Shown: positions 1 to 14,286 of the stretch, in pieces
Numbering within the stretch: the first letter of the stretch is position 1
How the letters are laid out: each line of letters opens with the position of its first letter
Assembly (NCBI GenBank): GCA_964304625.1
Contig: OZ199840.1
Coordinates: forward strand, 4,738,966-4,802,965
Reading direction: 5' to 3'
Source: Kudoa neothunni
Taxonomy: Eukaryota; Animalia; Cnidaria
DNA length: 64,000 nt
Translations under genes and position numbers: made by a program
Notes under the pieces: generated by a model
Databases searched by the model: none
What the model saw: only the letters and a program-made list of their open reading frames with translations
Told to the model about the DNA's origin: nothing

Positions 1-135
1 GATTTAAAGATTTTTAAAAAATTTCATAATGTTTCTCTACGATGGAATAATTCAGTCGCGCATGCGTACTAAATTATACACACAGACAGACACACTAACA
101 GACAAAGGATTTTCTACATATATATATATATATAG
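1..135 (-). mobile_element. Possible Helitron-like non-autonomous element 5' terminus, truncated by the window edge
   Basis: Minus strand reads TCTATATATATATATATG...TTTGTCTGTTAGTGTGTCTGTCTGTGTG: a TC start, (TA)n and GTCT microsatellite, as seen at Helitron-derived ends. A similar end lies on + at ~50565. Confidence 0.35.
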
Positions 136-838
136 AATAGAGGATAGATTAATACAGTAGGCTTGAATATACGGTACTCAAGAGGTGAAATCTCATATTA
201 CCTATTTCTACGTAATAAACAATCGTATCCTATCACGATAAGATGTTAATCAGCTTTAATATATCGAGTAAAACCGAATTATCGTGGTTTGAGAATTAAT
301 TGAACTATATGAATTTCAAGTTGGTTAACAGAATTTTTTAATATTCATTGGGATTTAATTATTAAAATTATATCTGTGCGTGTGTAAATTCATACGCATG
401 CATACGAACAATACTTAAAAATGGGACGGACCATTAGCGTTCTATGTACAAATATATTTATTGATTTATTTATACAAGTAATGTTTGAATGAAAAACTTT
501 CGAAGAAATATAGTCAATTTCAATGACTCAAATTCGATAAAAGTTTTTAGAATTGTTTCTCGATTGACCTCTCATCATGTTGATTACGATTGTTGTTTCA
601 CACAAAGTGATGATTAACGTTTATAAAGGGGATCTTTGTATCGGATGGTCAATGTAGGAGAAAAAACATAGTTTCTGTAATAGATGAGATAGGTTAAATA
701 TTTTGTTTGAATAGTAAAGGCCTATACAATCACACCAGAGTGATTCTCAACGTAAGTCTATTTGATTGACTTATTCATTCCACATAATCCAAATCAACAG
801 TCGTTAGTTAAAGAGTTAGCGATTAACCGTTTACTAAA

Positions 839-1216
839 ATGAGCGATCTGTGCCCAGTATGCGAGAAGAGAGTTTATCCTTTGGAAAAACTAAGTATCGA
901 CAAACAAGTATTTCACAAGGGTTGTTTCAGATGTCATGAATGTAAAGGCACCCTAGGGTAGGTTGATCTATTGTGTGATTAGATATTGGTAAGAGTGTTT
1001 CTAAATATAACTCATATTATCAGAAAAAGAGTTTTTATTAATATTACCGGTTTGATAACTTTATTTAAATGTAATATCTTTAGAATCAATAATTTCTCTC
1101 CATTGAATGGGAAATATTATTGCACCAATCATTACCGTCAACTGTTCAAATCTCAAGGGAACTATGATAAGGGTTTTGGTGATTCGTGTCACAAAGATAA
1201 ATGGGAAAACAAATAA
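839..1216 (+). CDS. LIMD2: Single LIM-domain protein, LIMD2/EPLIN-like, ~83 aa, 2 exons (839-957, 1084-1216)
   Basis: Spliced translation MSDLCPVCEKRVYPLEKLSIDKQVFHKGCFRCHECKGTLG|INNFSPLNGKYYCTNHYRQLFKSQGNYDKGFGDSCHKDKWENK. It has the full LIM Cys/His pattern and the QLFKSxGNYDxGFG tail typical of LIMD2/LIMA1. GT-AG intron 958-1083. Confidence 0.85.
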
Positions 1217-2055
1217 AATTTACACACAGCATTTTGAGTACTGCTTCGAAATATATCCATGATCAAAGTTTTGTGGATGTAGCTTATAGTTGAATTCCAA
1301 ATTATTTTTTTGCTAAAATGTTACTGTTTCCTTATTTGTGTAATTAATTTATTCAACGAATACAAACATTGGTTCGATAGTTTTTTACAATTATTTTCTT
1401 ATCAAGTCAGATATGACCATCCATATTAAATAATAACCGGATATAATAGATAAATTATTACATTCGGTTTTTATGTGCTGTTTAATTCAAAAAATTAGGC
1501 CAATAATTCTCTAAAAATATTTTCTCAATAATATTGCACCTAGGATTATTTTGTTATAATTTAAACAAAGTATTAAATAATATAAACAATCACGTGATTG
1601 ACTAATTTTACACAGTTAAGTCTATGTACATCGTGTACCTTTTTATATCTTGATTTCAATTAAATTGTAACACCTATAACTGAGAATAATTATAAAAAAT
1701 ATTAAACATTATAATATTTAAAGATGTCATAACTTCGTGAATAAATATTTAATTTAGTTTCCTACTATGTCACTCTGAGAGTTATTTAAAGAACGCTGTG
1801 GCTATGTCTCAGACTGCGAATTTCTCGAAAAGTACTCAACATAAGAAACTTAGAATTTACGAATCGTTATAAATTAGTTTAACTTAAGTTACCCTTAAAT
1901 TTCAATATTTTTCATAAACGACAATAACACAAGTACAAGTACCGGGAGTGACAATATTTTTCATATATTAAAAAAATTTAAAAAAACAACAATTAGAATT
2001 AAATAATTTTTGATCGATCAAATCATGCTTTGAGCGCGAATTCTGTTCTTACAGT

Positions 2056-2322
2056 TTGGCCGGACACGCGTTAAGTTCAAACATATTTACACTTGGAACA
2101 CGATTCGTCACCTTCGAGGATCTTGATAATGCCATTTTGGATTACGAAAAATCAAATTTTTATAACTTTTATAATAGCAACCGAGGACTATTTCGAATAT
2201 GCGAGGCAGAATTATTAAATCAATCAACCCGGCTTTACGTTATTATGAGATTACTTACTGTTGTATTTTCAGTGGTAAAAACAAACCGAAATCTTGTAGA
2301 AGTTCAAATAAACCAACTTTAA
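2056..2322 (+). pseudogene. Remnant resembling the N-terminus of a MULE/ZSWIM3-type protein
   Basis: LGTRFVTFEDLDNAILDYEKSNFYNF resembles the G.xF.sF.eL...i..Y motif at the N-terminus of Mutator-derived proteins. It is truncated and followed by a hAT insertion. Confidence 0.35.
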
Positions 2323-2617
2323 GGGGAGAATTCCCTGTTAAAATATCACCTAGATTCTTTATAATTTTAATATTTTAAATAAACCTTCTATTAGTTGTAC
2401 TTAAAATCCAAATTACAAGCTCTATTAAAAAAATAATAATGAACAATTAAAAAATTATTGATAATTTAATTACAATTATTATTTGAGCGTTTGAAATTCT
2501 TTTCGATTTATCTGATCGGTAGAATCGCGTGTAAGGGGTTACAGAGTCTACTGCATGGCAGTGTTGTTTGCTTGCTAATTTTGTGAGGATTACTGGAAAT
2601 AAATATTGGCCCTTTGA

Positions 2618-4361
<1,744 letters not shown>

Positions 4362-5330
4362 TTATAGACAATTTTAGATTCTATCAAACAAATTTAATTA
4401 TGGAACTAATTCAGATGTGCAATATTAAGCTTACGTTTTTCCATCATATTCGCAATTTCTTAATCCTATCAAGGAGTTATCTCATCAAATAAAAACGATT
4501 ATAACGAATAAACCTCAAAAAAATTAAGAAGAAATACTAGAAATTATTATGGAGAGTCTCGTAGAAGCTACCTCTCCAAACTGTCTCAGTTATTCAAACC
4601 AAGTTGAATCCTATTTTACATGGTGTTTGAATGTGGAAGAAAACAACAAAGAATTAAAATAATTCATTTCTAAGAAAGTTGCATTTTGACTTTACCCTAT
4701 TGAATTTAGATCTCGAAATACTGTATATTTTTCTCGCTACGATAAAAATATGATTCTAAATCTCTAATTATAATTTTACTGAGCTAATTTCCAATTATAT
4801 TGTGATAAGATTGTTACAACTAAATGATTTATATATATTCTGGTCTGCCAATTAGTTTAGCAAGTCTATCCCAATTGAAAACTCATTCCGGTTAACCATC
4901 CGTAATTTACAATAAATCAGTTGACCCTGATTTAAAGACTAGCATGCAATGAAACAAAGATTTTAACAATTTTTGGAAAAAAGATTTAGGATAATAAAAA
5001 TTTCTGTTTAATAAGTAAATTTTGAATCATTTTTATAAACATGAAAATAAATATATCTAACTTAATTTGATTTTATTTATTCAAAATTAAAATATCTTTA
5101 ATAACAATACGCTTAAAAATTAAGATAATGTTCAATTTAATAATAAACAAAATTAACACACAATGTTATTCGAGAAACTCTCTATGTGGATCGAATTTTA
5201 TTGTGCAATACAAATTTTCTTATAAAAATAACTCCCTAAATATATGTATAAAGCTTATAAACTCACGAGAAATAATAAAATTATGGCAATCATAGAAAAG
5301 TGTGAGATAACCAATGTTGATTGTATATTA

Positions 5331-5497
5331 CGGTTGAACCTCAGTTTTATGAAAATAGGGCTATCTGAAAGATATTTTAAACTTAATTTGGGCTTTATTG
5401 AAATTACATGTCGATAAACGTTCGATCAACCGGAACTTCGCTATCCGGAAAGAAACTAGTTGGTCCCAAATTTTCAGGATAATCAAGGTTCGACTGT
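5331..5497. mobile_element. Tigger/pogo-like MITE
   Basis: Imperfect TIRs TA|CGGTTGAACCTC ... AAGGTTCGACTG, ~170 bp. Confidence 0.45.
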
Positions 5498-6010
5498 GCA
5501 TTGGTAAGTGGAAAATATATTGCAATATTTTTGGGCAAACTCTAATATGTACAAATTTGACTCGTTAGAAAATTTTAAATTAAGTTATTAACGAAATTAT
5601 TATCTAAAACTGATAGAACTGTTTATATGATTGTATTTGTTGATAATAAATAAAATAGCTCGTAGAGAATTTTGATATAATCGTTAATATTTATAAGGAA
5701 TTTAGATGAGTTAATGTTAACACTTAACACTAGGTAGTTTCAGTGTTTTAAATTAGACTTAATCTTTAAGAATGTTTATTTACTTGGTTTCATGGTAGCA
5801 AACCAAGATATACCAATCTCTTAATTGGATATACTTAAATCACTAAAATCAAGAAATAAATTTTTGAACTAATCGGTTTAAAATAATTTAAAACAAATAG
5901 ATATGGGTATATTAGATGTAGATCAGAATTTTCTGTGTGGAAAAACACTATATTTGTAAGAAGTGACTTTTGTTATGAGATTGTCAATTATGTAACAATG
6001 AAAAAATTTG

Positions 6011-9000
6011 ATGACTGTTGCCAAGGAAAACTTGGTTCCAAAAAAACGATTTCACATTGAAACATCACGGATGGAATTTGTAGAAAACTTTGATTACCAA
6101 CCTTTGAAAAGAACTCGGAACAGAATATCACCCGAAACCAAATGGAGAATAATTTCCGCTTTAAAAGTAACTCAATCAATTTTCTAATATATAGCTACTG
6201 GGTTTAGGTTAAAAGTTATCGTGAGGTAGCAAAGTGTTTTGGACTTCCAGTAAAAACAATACAAACTATTTATCAAATATACAAAGCAAGCAAAGGCAAC
6301 ATAACTCTTCGACGGGATAAACTCGCTCGATCCTATTGCAACATACATCAGCAGGCTTTTCTGAATAGACTTCTTGACGTAGATTGTACCTTGAGTTTGC
6401 GAATGCTGCAGCGAATATTTTACAATAAGTATTCGCAGAAAATAAGTCTACCAACAATTTCGCGCTATGTGGACCATTTTAAATTTAACATAAAATTTTC
6501 AGTTGCCAGAAAAAAATACAGAGGTGACCTTGAATCATTCAACCCGAAGTAAACATGCTTTGATTTACTTTGCGAAAAATTAACTGATTTTGTTAAGATT
6601 ATCCTTTTTGTTTGATCCTTATTTTTCTCCCGAATCGTTTAGCAGCAAGTTAGTTCTTTTTAATGTGGTCCAGATAATTGTTACCACACGTGTCAAATGT
6701 AAATACATCAACCACAAAACCAACAATCAAGAATCGGATGTGTGCTACGAAAACAAAGAGTACAATGTATTGCTGGGTGTGTGCCAAGAGAGGGTGTTAG
6801 CAGCCGTACTTAGAGAGAACATTGGTTTTAATGGTGAGGAAATAATGACCACTATACAGGAGTGTGCTCGAATCTACTTCCCTGACATTATGAAACAAAA
6901 AGTCATTGTTATTGGGCCGGGAATACCCTGGGGGATAAACCACCTCAACGATCTCTATTCTATCACCTATGCGAATTCGGGTGGATACATGAAAAAAGAC
7001 TACGGGAACTATGATTTACGATTTTCTATCGCTAACCATCTCAACAACAACGATTTATTTGCTATCGATGGGTTCTACAACACCATATATTTTATGAAAC
7101 CGATTATCCATCTAATGAATCATGTTGTAAAGCGTATCAAGTGTATTCCTCATTCCAATTTGAATTCAATATCGACCATGATTTCCACCCAAATTAAAAA
7201 CTTGTCCGAAAAACGTCCTAGGAAATATTTCAAAAGTCTCGGGTTCTTTCTCAACATTGTAACATCCGGGTATCAATTGTTTGAGACTGATAAAAAGAAA
7301 AATAAATCACACGGTACATCTTCACAGCTGGAGTCATCGGACGTAAAAGAATTAAGTTCACAACTGACAGACGATACAAGCCACTCGACCCAACTAACTA
7401 AACCACACAAAATCAACTATTGTGAACTTACCATAGATGATATTTCTTCTTCGTTGTCCTCATCAGAATTCAACGAAGAAAACGGACGTCAAACTTACGC
7501 TACCATAACTGAGAATTGCGACCATTTGTTCGCCAATAAGACTGTTTTTGTGAAAAGAAAAAATTCTGTTGATTATGAATCTGCTGAGATTCACAATGAC
7601 GGAATTATCTATAGGAAATTCAAGTACACAAGTGAAAATGACAACTCTACTTCTTCTCTGTCAGTAAATCAAGATGAAAACTTTTCTTCAATCTTGTTGA
7701 ATTCCCAAGTACCTTCGACTGACCACGTTGGGTTGAATAGTTGCTGTGGTTTTACGGTCAATTTCTATAAAATGGAAAAACCTCTACAATCAATATCTAC
7801 AATCCAATTGGTGGATGGTATATCTCTATTCTTGAGAAATTTTAGAAATTATTAAATTTATAATTGACAGATAAACACGTCAGGTGTAATGGCTGCGGAA
7901 AAGCTGTTCCCATCGATACCGAGATCAATTCAGACAACCTTTTATCAACGGCACCTGGTCACGACAATAACTATGGAGATTTGTTTCCTATAAATAAATT
8001 CTACGATCTTATGTTTGACTGCGAACAATATCCAATAGAAAAAGTTAGAGAGATAATAAGTAATACTAAGGCTGAATGTGATAAAAAATTTAAACCGGAC
8101 AGTCCTTTGGTGACTAATATTCAGCACAATTGGATAAATGAGGCACGGCGCAAATTGGCCATTAAAAAGCCCAATCTCCCACCTTCCCAATTTAGACTTT
8201 ATCTACAAAGTTTAATCAAACCACAAAAATCAATAGAAAATTTATTGGAGAAAAAATTGGTGAATTCGCTGTTGGTAGAACCTCCAAGTGAAGGCATTCA
8301 AATAATCACTGTGTTTGGTTGCGATCTAACTAGAAACAGAGCTCAATCATGGAGAGTGGATAAAGACGATCAAAATTGTAAACCAAATATTAACTTAAAT
8401 GATATATGTTTTTTATAATATTTTGTTGGATATAGTTTTTAAACAGGATGATAAAAAATTGGCTAATATAGAGATAAAAGTCAGCCGGATATGCAATGAA
8501 AACGGCACTGATACATCAAACTCATCCTCACTCCCGAAGACAGATCATACTAGCACATCAGAAAACACTGGATTGATAGACTTTGTTTCTGAGCTCAAGA
8601 CAGTTTGTCTGTCACCTGCGGATGTCAACTTGCAACAACATTACAATGTGATACTTTGGGATATTATGAAACAACAACCGTCTCCAGACTATAAGGTTAT
8701 ACCTGGTATCACTGACCAAAACAACCTAAAAATTGCCTCCGCTATCCAAGATCTACAACTTAAGAATGATCGGGAGAAGGAAGATATTCTTAACAACATA
8801 CAAAAATTGCTCCATGAAAATAACATGTTAATCAATCAATATTACCTCTCCAAAAAAGCGGCTAACACAAAATCCGACCCTGACCGTAGCAAAGTTGTTA
8901 ACGATAATAGTAGTATTTTTTATATTTGGCTCTTTGGATGTACTAATTATAAATTATAAGATGGCAAGCTTGACACACTTGATGGTCTTATTGATTCCTT

Positions 9001-9202
9001 CGACTTGAATCATTCTCCAATTGAGGGAGATAACAATACGGAAGGCGAGATGAAATTTGGAGAATTTCTTGATTTTGTTGAAGGTGTAGGCGCAGATATT
9101 GTTGCTGTGGAGTTTAATTCATTTGGCAAAAGAACTTTGAGAAAGGAAATTCCCTCGTATACTAATAATAACAACAAGAATAATAAAGGAAGTCCCGAAT
9201 AA
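6011..9202 (+). CDS. Intron-containing host gene derived from an IS630/Tc1-type transposase: bipartite HTH, degenerate DDE domain and long C-terminal extension, ~979 aa
   Basis: Exons 6011-6166, 6208-6548, 6598-7817, 7871-8377, 8436-8909 and 8961-9202 join with compatible phases through GT-AG introns of 41-58 nt into one uninterrupted frame (2940 nt). N-terminus: KRTRNRISPETKWRIISALK-VKSYREVAKCFGLPVKTIQTIYQIYK...FLNRLLDVDCTLSLRML...ISLPTISRYVDHFKF. Next region aligns by eye to the DDE_3 fold (NKEYNVLLGVCQERVL...GFNGEEIMTTIQE...KVIVIG). Confidence 0.75.
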
Positions 9203-11900
9203 AAACACAAATTTTGAGGTTTAGAATTGGTACCGTGAATGGGTTCCAATTCCCCTTTTCTCAATAAAGCTGGAAGAATGCTTTTATATTCATATATTTC
9301 TTCTCGGAGAAAAAATTGTAATCAGCTCATGGCTTTAAAATAATTCAAATTATTCCATGAACCAAAACAAATCATTTGAAAAAATAATAATGTTACAATT
9401 ACTTTAAATATTACGTTAGAATAATATGATAGAATGACTCTTAGTTTTATTATTTTTAGAGTTTCCTTTTTTTCGCAAAAACTCATACTTCATGACTTTT
9501 TTCCTATAAATACTAAATAATTAAATTTATAAAAAATAATAGAGAAAATTTTAAATATGTAAGCACAATAAAATAAATTTTATAGCTTTGCAATTGAGTT
9601 TGGAATTACATTATATTGATTCCTGTATATGTTTTAATGTGGAGCATTTTTTGGTCTAAATAATATACAGTCAGTCTGTGGTCGGTTTTACGCACCTTTT
9701 AAAAAGTAAAACAATTTGAACGATCAAATGTGCAACCGAAATATAATATTTTTTTGAATATTTTATTATAGAATTTAGATCCAAATAATATGATATGATT
9801 AAGAAATTTCCAGATTGTTAATCACGTGACTGGCGATTTTACGCACTTTTTTGAAAAAATAGATGAATTTTGATTAATGTTCGAATGGATTAAAGGAAAT
9901 AATAAAATACATCCACAATAACTCTCCCAAATTTGCCTAATTTGTTAATATAAAGCACCAGATATATCCTTCATATCCAACTATTGTGGCACTTTAAAAA
10001 AACCAAATAAAATTGTTTATATTATTGAACACGAATCGATTATTGTTGTGAGATGCGAATTAATAAAAATGAGTTTTTTTTAAATAGCTACGTATATTAG
10101 TACATGCACGCGCAACCAAATGTATAAAACTAGACGTTACCAATTGCACACACATTTTTCCACGATCCTGGAGGGATCACTCAAAACCTATTAAAGACCG
10201 TGCGTTTATTTAAAAAATATAAAATTTTTTATTAGTTTTTGCGTATTTAATTATGTTATTAATAAATAATTGAATAATTTTTATATTATGCGCGCGCATT
10301 GACATCGTTCCCTGACTTTATTCAGATAAAGAACCTGAATATATTATTTAGAAATTCTAAAATTAATTATGGAGTATAATCTATTTATAACTCCAATTAT
10401 TTTATTTGGAATATATGTACAAAATGAATTATTGTAATAAATAAAATACAGATTGTTATGCATTTATTGAAGTCACAAATGTGTAGTTTTAATAATCAGG
10501 AAATGAATGTTCGTTATCACAGAAATAATATCAGAATAAATTTAAAATTATTAAAAATATGAAGAAATGTTTGTTATTATTTTTGTGTAAAAATAAATTT
10601 GGTATTAAATAAATATTAATTGGAATTAATTAAAAGTTACTCTAATTAAACTAGTGTGTAACACTGAAAATAAAAAATCATTAATAAGGTTTAACTTGGA
10701 TATGACATAATTTTTTTTGCAATGAAAAGAAAAATGTAATAAAAAGAACTTGAGAAATACAGTATTTCAACATCAACTTGCAATGGACCGGCACATGTAT
10801 TAAAATAAAATGTCTGGCGCTATACTTGAGTGAGATTAAAAATTCCAACTATTTTGACGATGATTTATCAAAAAATATTATTATTATTATTCAATATAAA
10901 GAATACGAAAGCAGCTATTATACAATTTTGTCATGTTAGATATGTGCTCGCGATCTCGTAAATGTTAGGTAATCGGGGAGGGTGTAACACCTGAAAATCA
11001 CTACCTTGTGCATATTTTTTCTTGCTCATTTTTTTACGATTGATTATAATAAAATTAATGAACACCGAAAGCAAAGACACAGCCGAAAAAAACATTTCTA
11101 AGATTTAACAATTCTTCACCCGAACATAGTCAGTAAACGTGCAATCCCCAACTTGATACAATAAACATTGTGTGATATCTTCTTCTTCCTACTTCTAAAT
11201 TCTAAACTTATTTATTATCATTAATTATATTTTTTTCCTATTTAAATATAACAACGTTAAATGGATAAATTTTAAAAATAGGTTTCTCGCATATTTCACA
11301 AAAACATACTATTTTTGATTTTACAAAAATGTTATTTTAACTCTTAACCACAATATTTATGTTTATTGATGCTATTTTTAGTTTTTAAATTTTTTATGGT
11401 ATTTTTATATATACGCAAGAGGGTTATACGTGGATTTTCATGAAAATTTATTATCCAGCAAATTATATATGCTAAAATGAACGATTCAAAGAGTTCAATA
11501 TATTACAAGACATAATAAATAAATAAATAAATTTTTTTACAAATAATATGTAGAAAGCTGTTGATATAACAAATAGTTTCTCTTAAATAAAAGTAGGAGT
11601 AACAATTAAATATTGGTATAAATGTCTACAAAGATTGTTATGTATTTGCTTGATTTTATATGCTGACTATATTCAAAAATATTTATTATTAAAATTCTAG
11701 AACTACCAGGTAATAGTATAGATTTCCTATGCTATAAAAATTGCATTATTTCAACTAAAATTATAAAACCGGTGACAATAATTATATAACTTTAAAAGGC
11801 GTTATTGTTTGATTTATATATCAGTTTCATAGTTGTAAAGTTCTTATAAATAAATCTTTTATGAAATAAGATTTTTATCTACTATATCTACTTTATATAC

Positions 11901-13420
11901 CAGAGGAGGTCAGACTTGCCCAGATCGAGGGCCAACTTTTCAAGAGCCACGTGACATTAAAATGATTTTAATATAATCATTTATGTATCTCTTCCTTATT
12001 TGAAACGTACATTTTTTGAATATATTTTGTGAATATTAATATAAAATATTGTAGAATTATAAATAAAGGTTTTTAATTTTTTCTTATTCCGTTAATCACT
12101 AGAAAACTTAAATATAATTTTTACAGATGTAGTTTGATGATTTTTCCGAAAAAGTAAATTAGTATTTAATAATCCAATAAGCCTTTTCTCTATGAAATAG
12201 GTCGCGAAAATAGTAAAATTTACTTCATAAGTAATCATGTATGGTAGTCCGACAAAACATAAAATTAAATATTTACGAATAAAATAATAACACAGGAATT
12301 TAACGCCTTCGTAAACAATTTTTTTATGTTTCTGCATTATTCGTGAGCTGGAGGTAATCGGGTTGGTATGCCGTTAAGGCTGTATGAATTAGTTCCCTCA
12401 GGTGTTTGTGAGTGATGGATCTGCGAAGCGTCGATTTTATAGACTTCATCGTTGAATAAATAGACTCACAACAGTAAATTGTTCCAAAGATAGAATACGT
12501 TTGAGGCCGATTTCTTTTAATTTTGAATATTTAGATTTTGGAATTAAGAACCATCTTTAAAAATTTAATGCGTGTTTTATTCCTCCGATACCTATCACTT
12601 TGGCAATAGATAAACATTAGTTGATATTGTATTCCCTAATGAAACTAGCAATAATTCTAATTTGCATTAAATCGTTTTCGCAATATCAAAATTCCAAAAA
12701 GTGATTGATTAGAAAATAGTGATTAGAAAATAGTGATTAGAAAATAGTGATTAGAAAATAGTGATTAGAAAATAGGGATTAGAAAATAGTGATTAGAAAA
12801 TAGTGATTAGAAAATAGTGATTAGAAAATAGTGATTAGAAAATAGTGATTAGAAAATAGTGATTAGAAAATAGTGATTAGAAAATAGGGATTAGAAAATA
12901 GTGATTAGAAAATAGTGATTAGAAAATAGTGATTAGAAAATAGTGATTAGAAAATAGTGATTAGAAAATAGTGACTAGAAAATAGTGATTAGAAAATAGT
13001 GACTAGAAAAAAGTGATTAGAAAAAAGTGATTAGAAAAAAGTGATTAGAAAATAGTGATTAGAAAATAGGGATTAGAAAATAGTGATTAGAAAATAGTGA
13101 TTAGAAAATAGTGATTAGAAAATAGTGACTAGAAAATAGTGATTAGAAAAAAGTGATTAGAAAAAAGTGATTAGAAAAAAGTGATTAGAAAAAAGTGATT
13201 AGAAAAAAGTGATTAGAAAATAGTGATTAGAAAATAGTGATTTTGTAGGCTAAAAGTTTGATAAGGGGGTTACACGAGTTCAGGCAGAAGATTGACACCG
13301 GTGTATATCATAGTGACGATCGGTTAATGTTAACATTCTCCCTTATATGCTGCATCATATGTTAATTAAACAATGTCGACTATCTTTATGAGTAAAGTTG
13401 GTGTTATTTTTTTTAGTGTT
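11901..13420 (-). mobile_element. Internally deleted hAT element (GTF2IRD2/EPM2AIP1-like transposase)
   Basis: Minus strand ~12330-12500 encodes the hAT dimerisation motif IFGTIYCCESIYSTMKSIKSTLRRSITHKHLRELIHTALTAYQPDY. Weak N-terminal remnants lie at ~13300-13400. A hAT-like terminus CAGAGGAGGTCAGACTTGCCC...GAGGGCCAAC starts at 11901, preceded by TTATATAC (nnnTAnnn). Confidence 0.7.
12707..13242. repeat. 14-bp minisatellite (GATTAGAAAATAGT)n, ~38 units
   Basis: Directly visible tandem array with recurring single-base variants (TAGG, GACT, AAAAAAGT). Confidence 0.97.
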
Positions 13421-14286
13421 TGCGCCAATACCCTCCTTATATCGGATGTTTAAACATATTTGACTTCATAAGCATGTTTTGAAAGTTCTACCAATGGTTT
13501 CCGATAGGACAAAAAGTCTTTGTTTGCATCATTAATAGCGAACTGGTAGAGAATGCTATAATCAGATAGATTGAAGCATTATAATAAAATCCGTATGTAC
13601 GTAGATTTCGTTGAAATTGCCCAAAATGTTGAATTTTTAATGATTAAATCCAATTATTCAAATTATTCAAATCATTTATGTTGATATTGGCGCGAATTGT
13701 ATGTGTTTTTGAGAAAGCGCGCACTAAATTTTATGCTGGCCCAAGAGATATTAAGTTGGATAATAAAAATCAATTTTCGTAAATTTTGTCCCATCACTAT
13801 ATCTTTTTATATTTTTTCTCTCTCAAATAATTTTACATAAACGTTTTGAATTGGGCCAGAACTCGACTCGGAAAAATAAGGGGCCAATAAAATGACGGTT
13901 AAATAGCACTTTACGGGAATTTACATGATTTGGGAATGCAAAAAAAATGACACTGATATTTAATTATTTAGCGTTGATGTCAGGCTATGGAATTTTTAAA
14001 TGAACGCCTGGATTGGTACACTCCTTCACAGAAATGATCATAATTTAAATTTCATACTCCAAATCGTTAAAGTATGATGCTTAAAATTTTGTAGTTATTT
14101 TGCTTCAATGGGTTTAATTAGGGACTTCAGTATATTTTTGAATGTTATTAGAAAGCGTTATCTATGCGAAATCTTTCCCATCCAAAACTGGGCAATCTAC
14201 GCTAGTTAAAATAAACGCAACTCTCTCGCGCGCACGCACGCACACCAAAGTATCAAAGTATGGAGGGAAATACCGGCAGCGGCGGA

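Noticed and set aside
9666-10320. Possible Tc1-like left end (TA-CAGTCAG with repeated TTTTACGCAC) next to the transposase-derived gene
   Set aside because: No matching inverted end was found on either side, so it cannot be shown to delimit an element containing that gene.
12707-13242. CRISPR array or telomeric repeat
   Set aside because: There are no spacers, the context is eukaryotic, and the array is internal to a hAT element rather than a G-rich terminal repeat.
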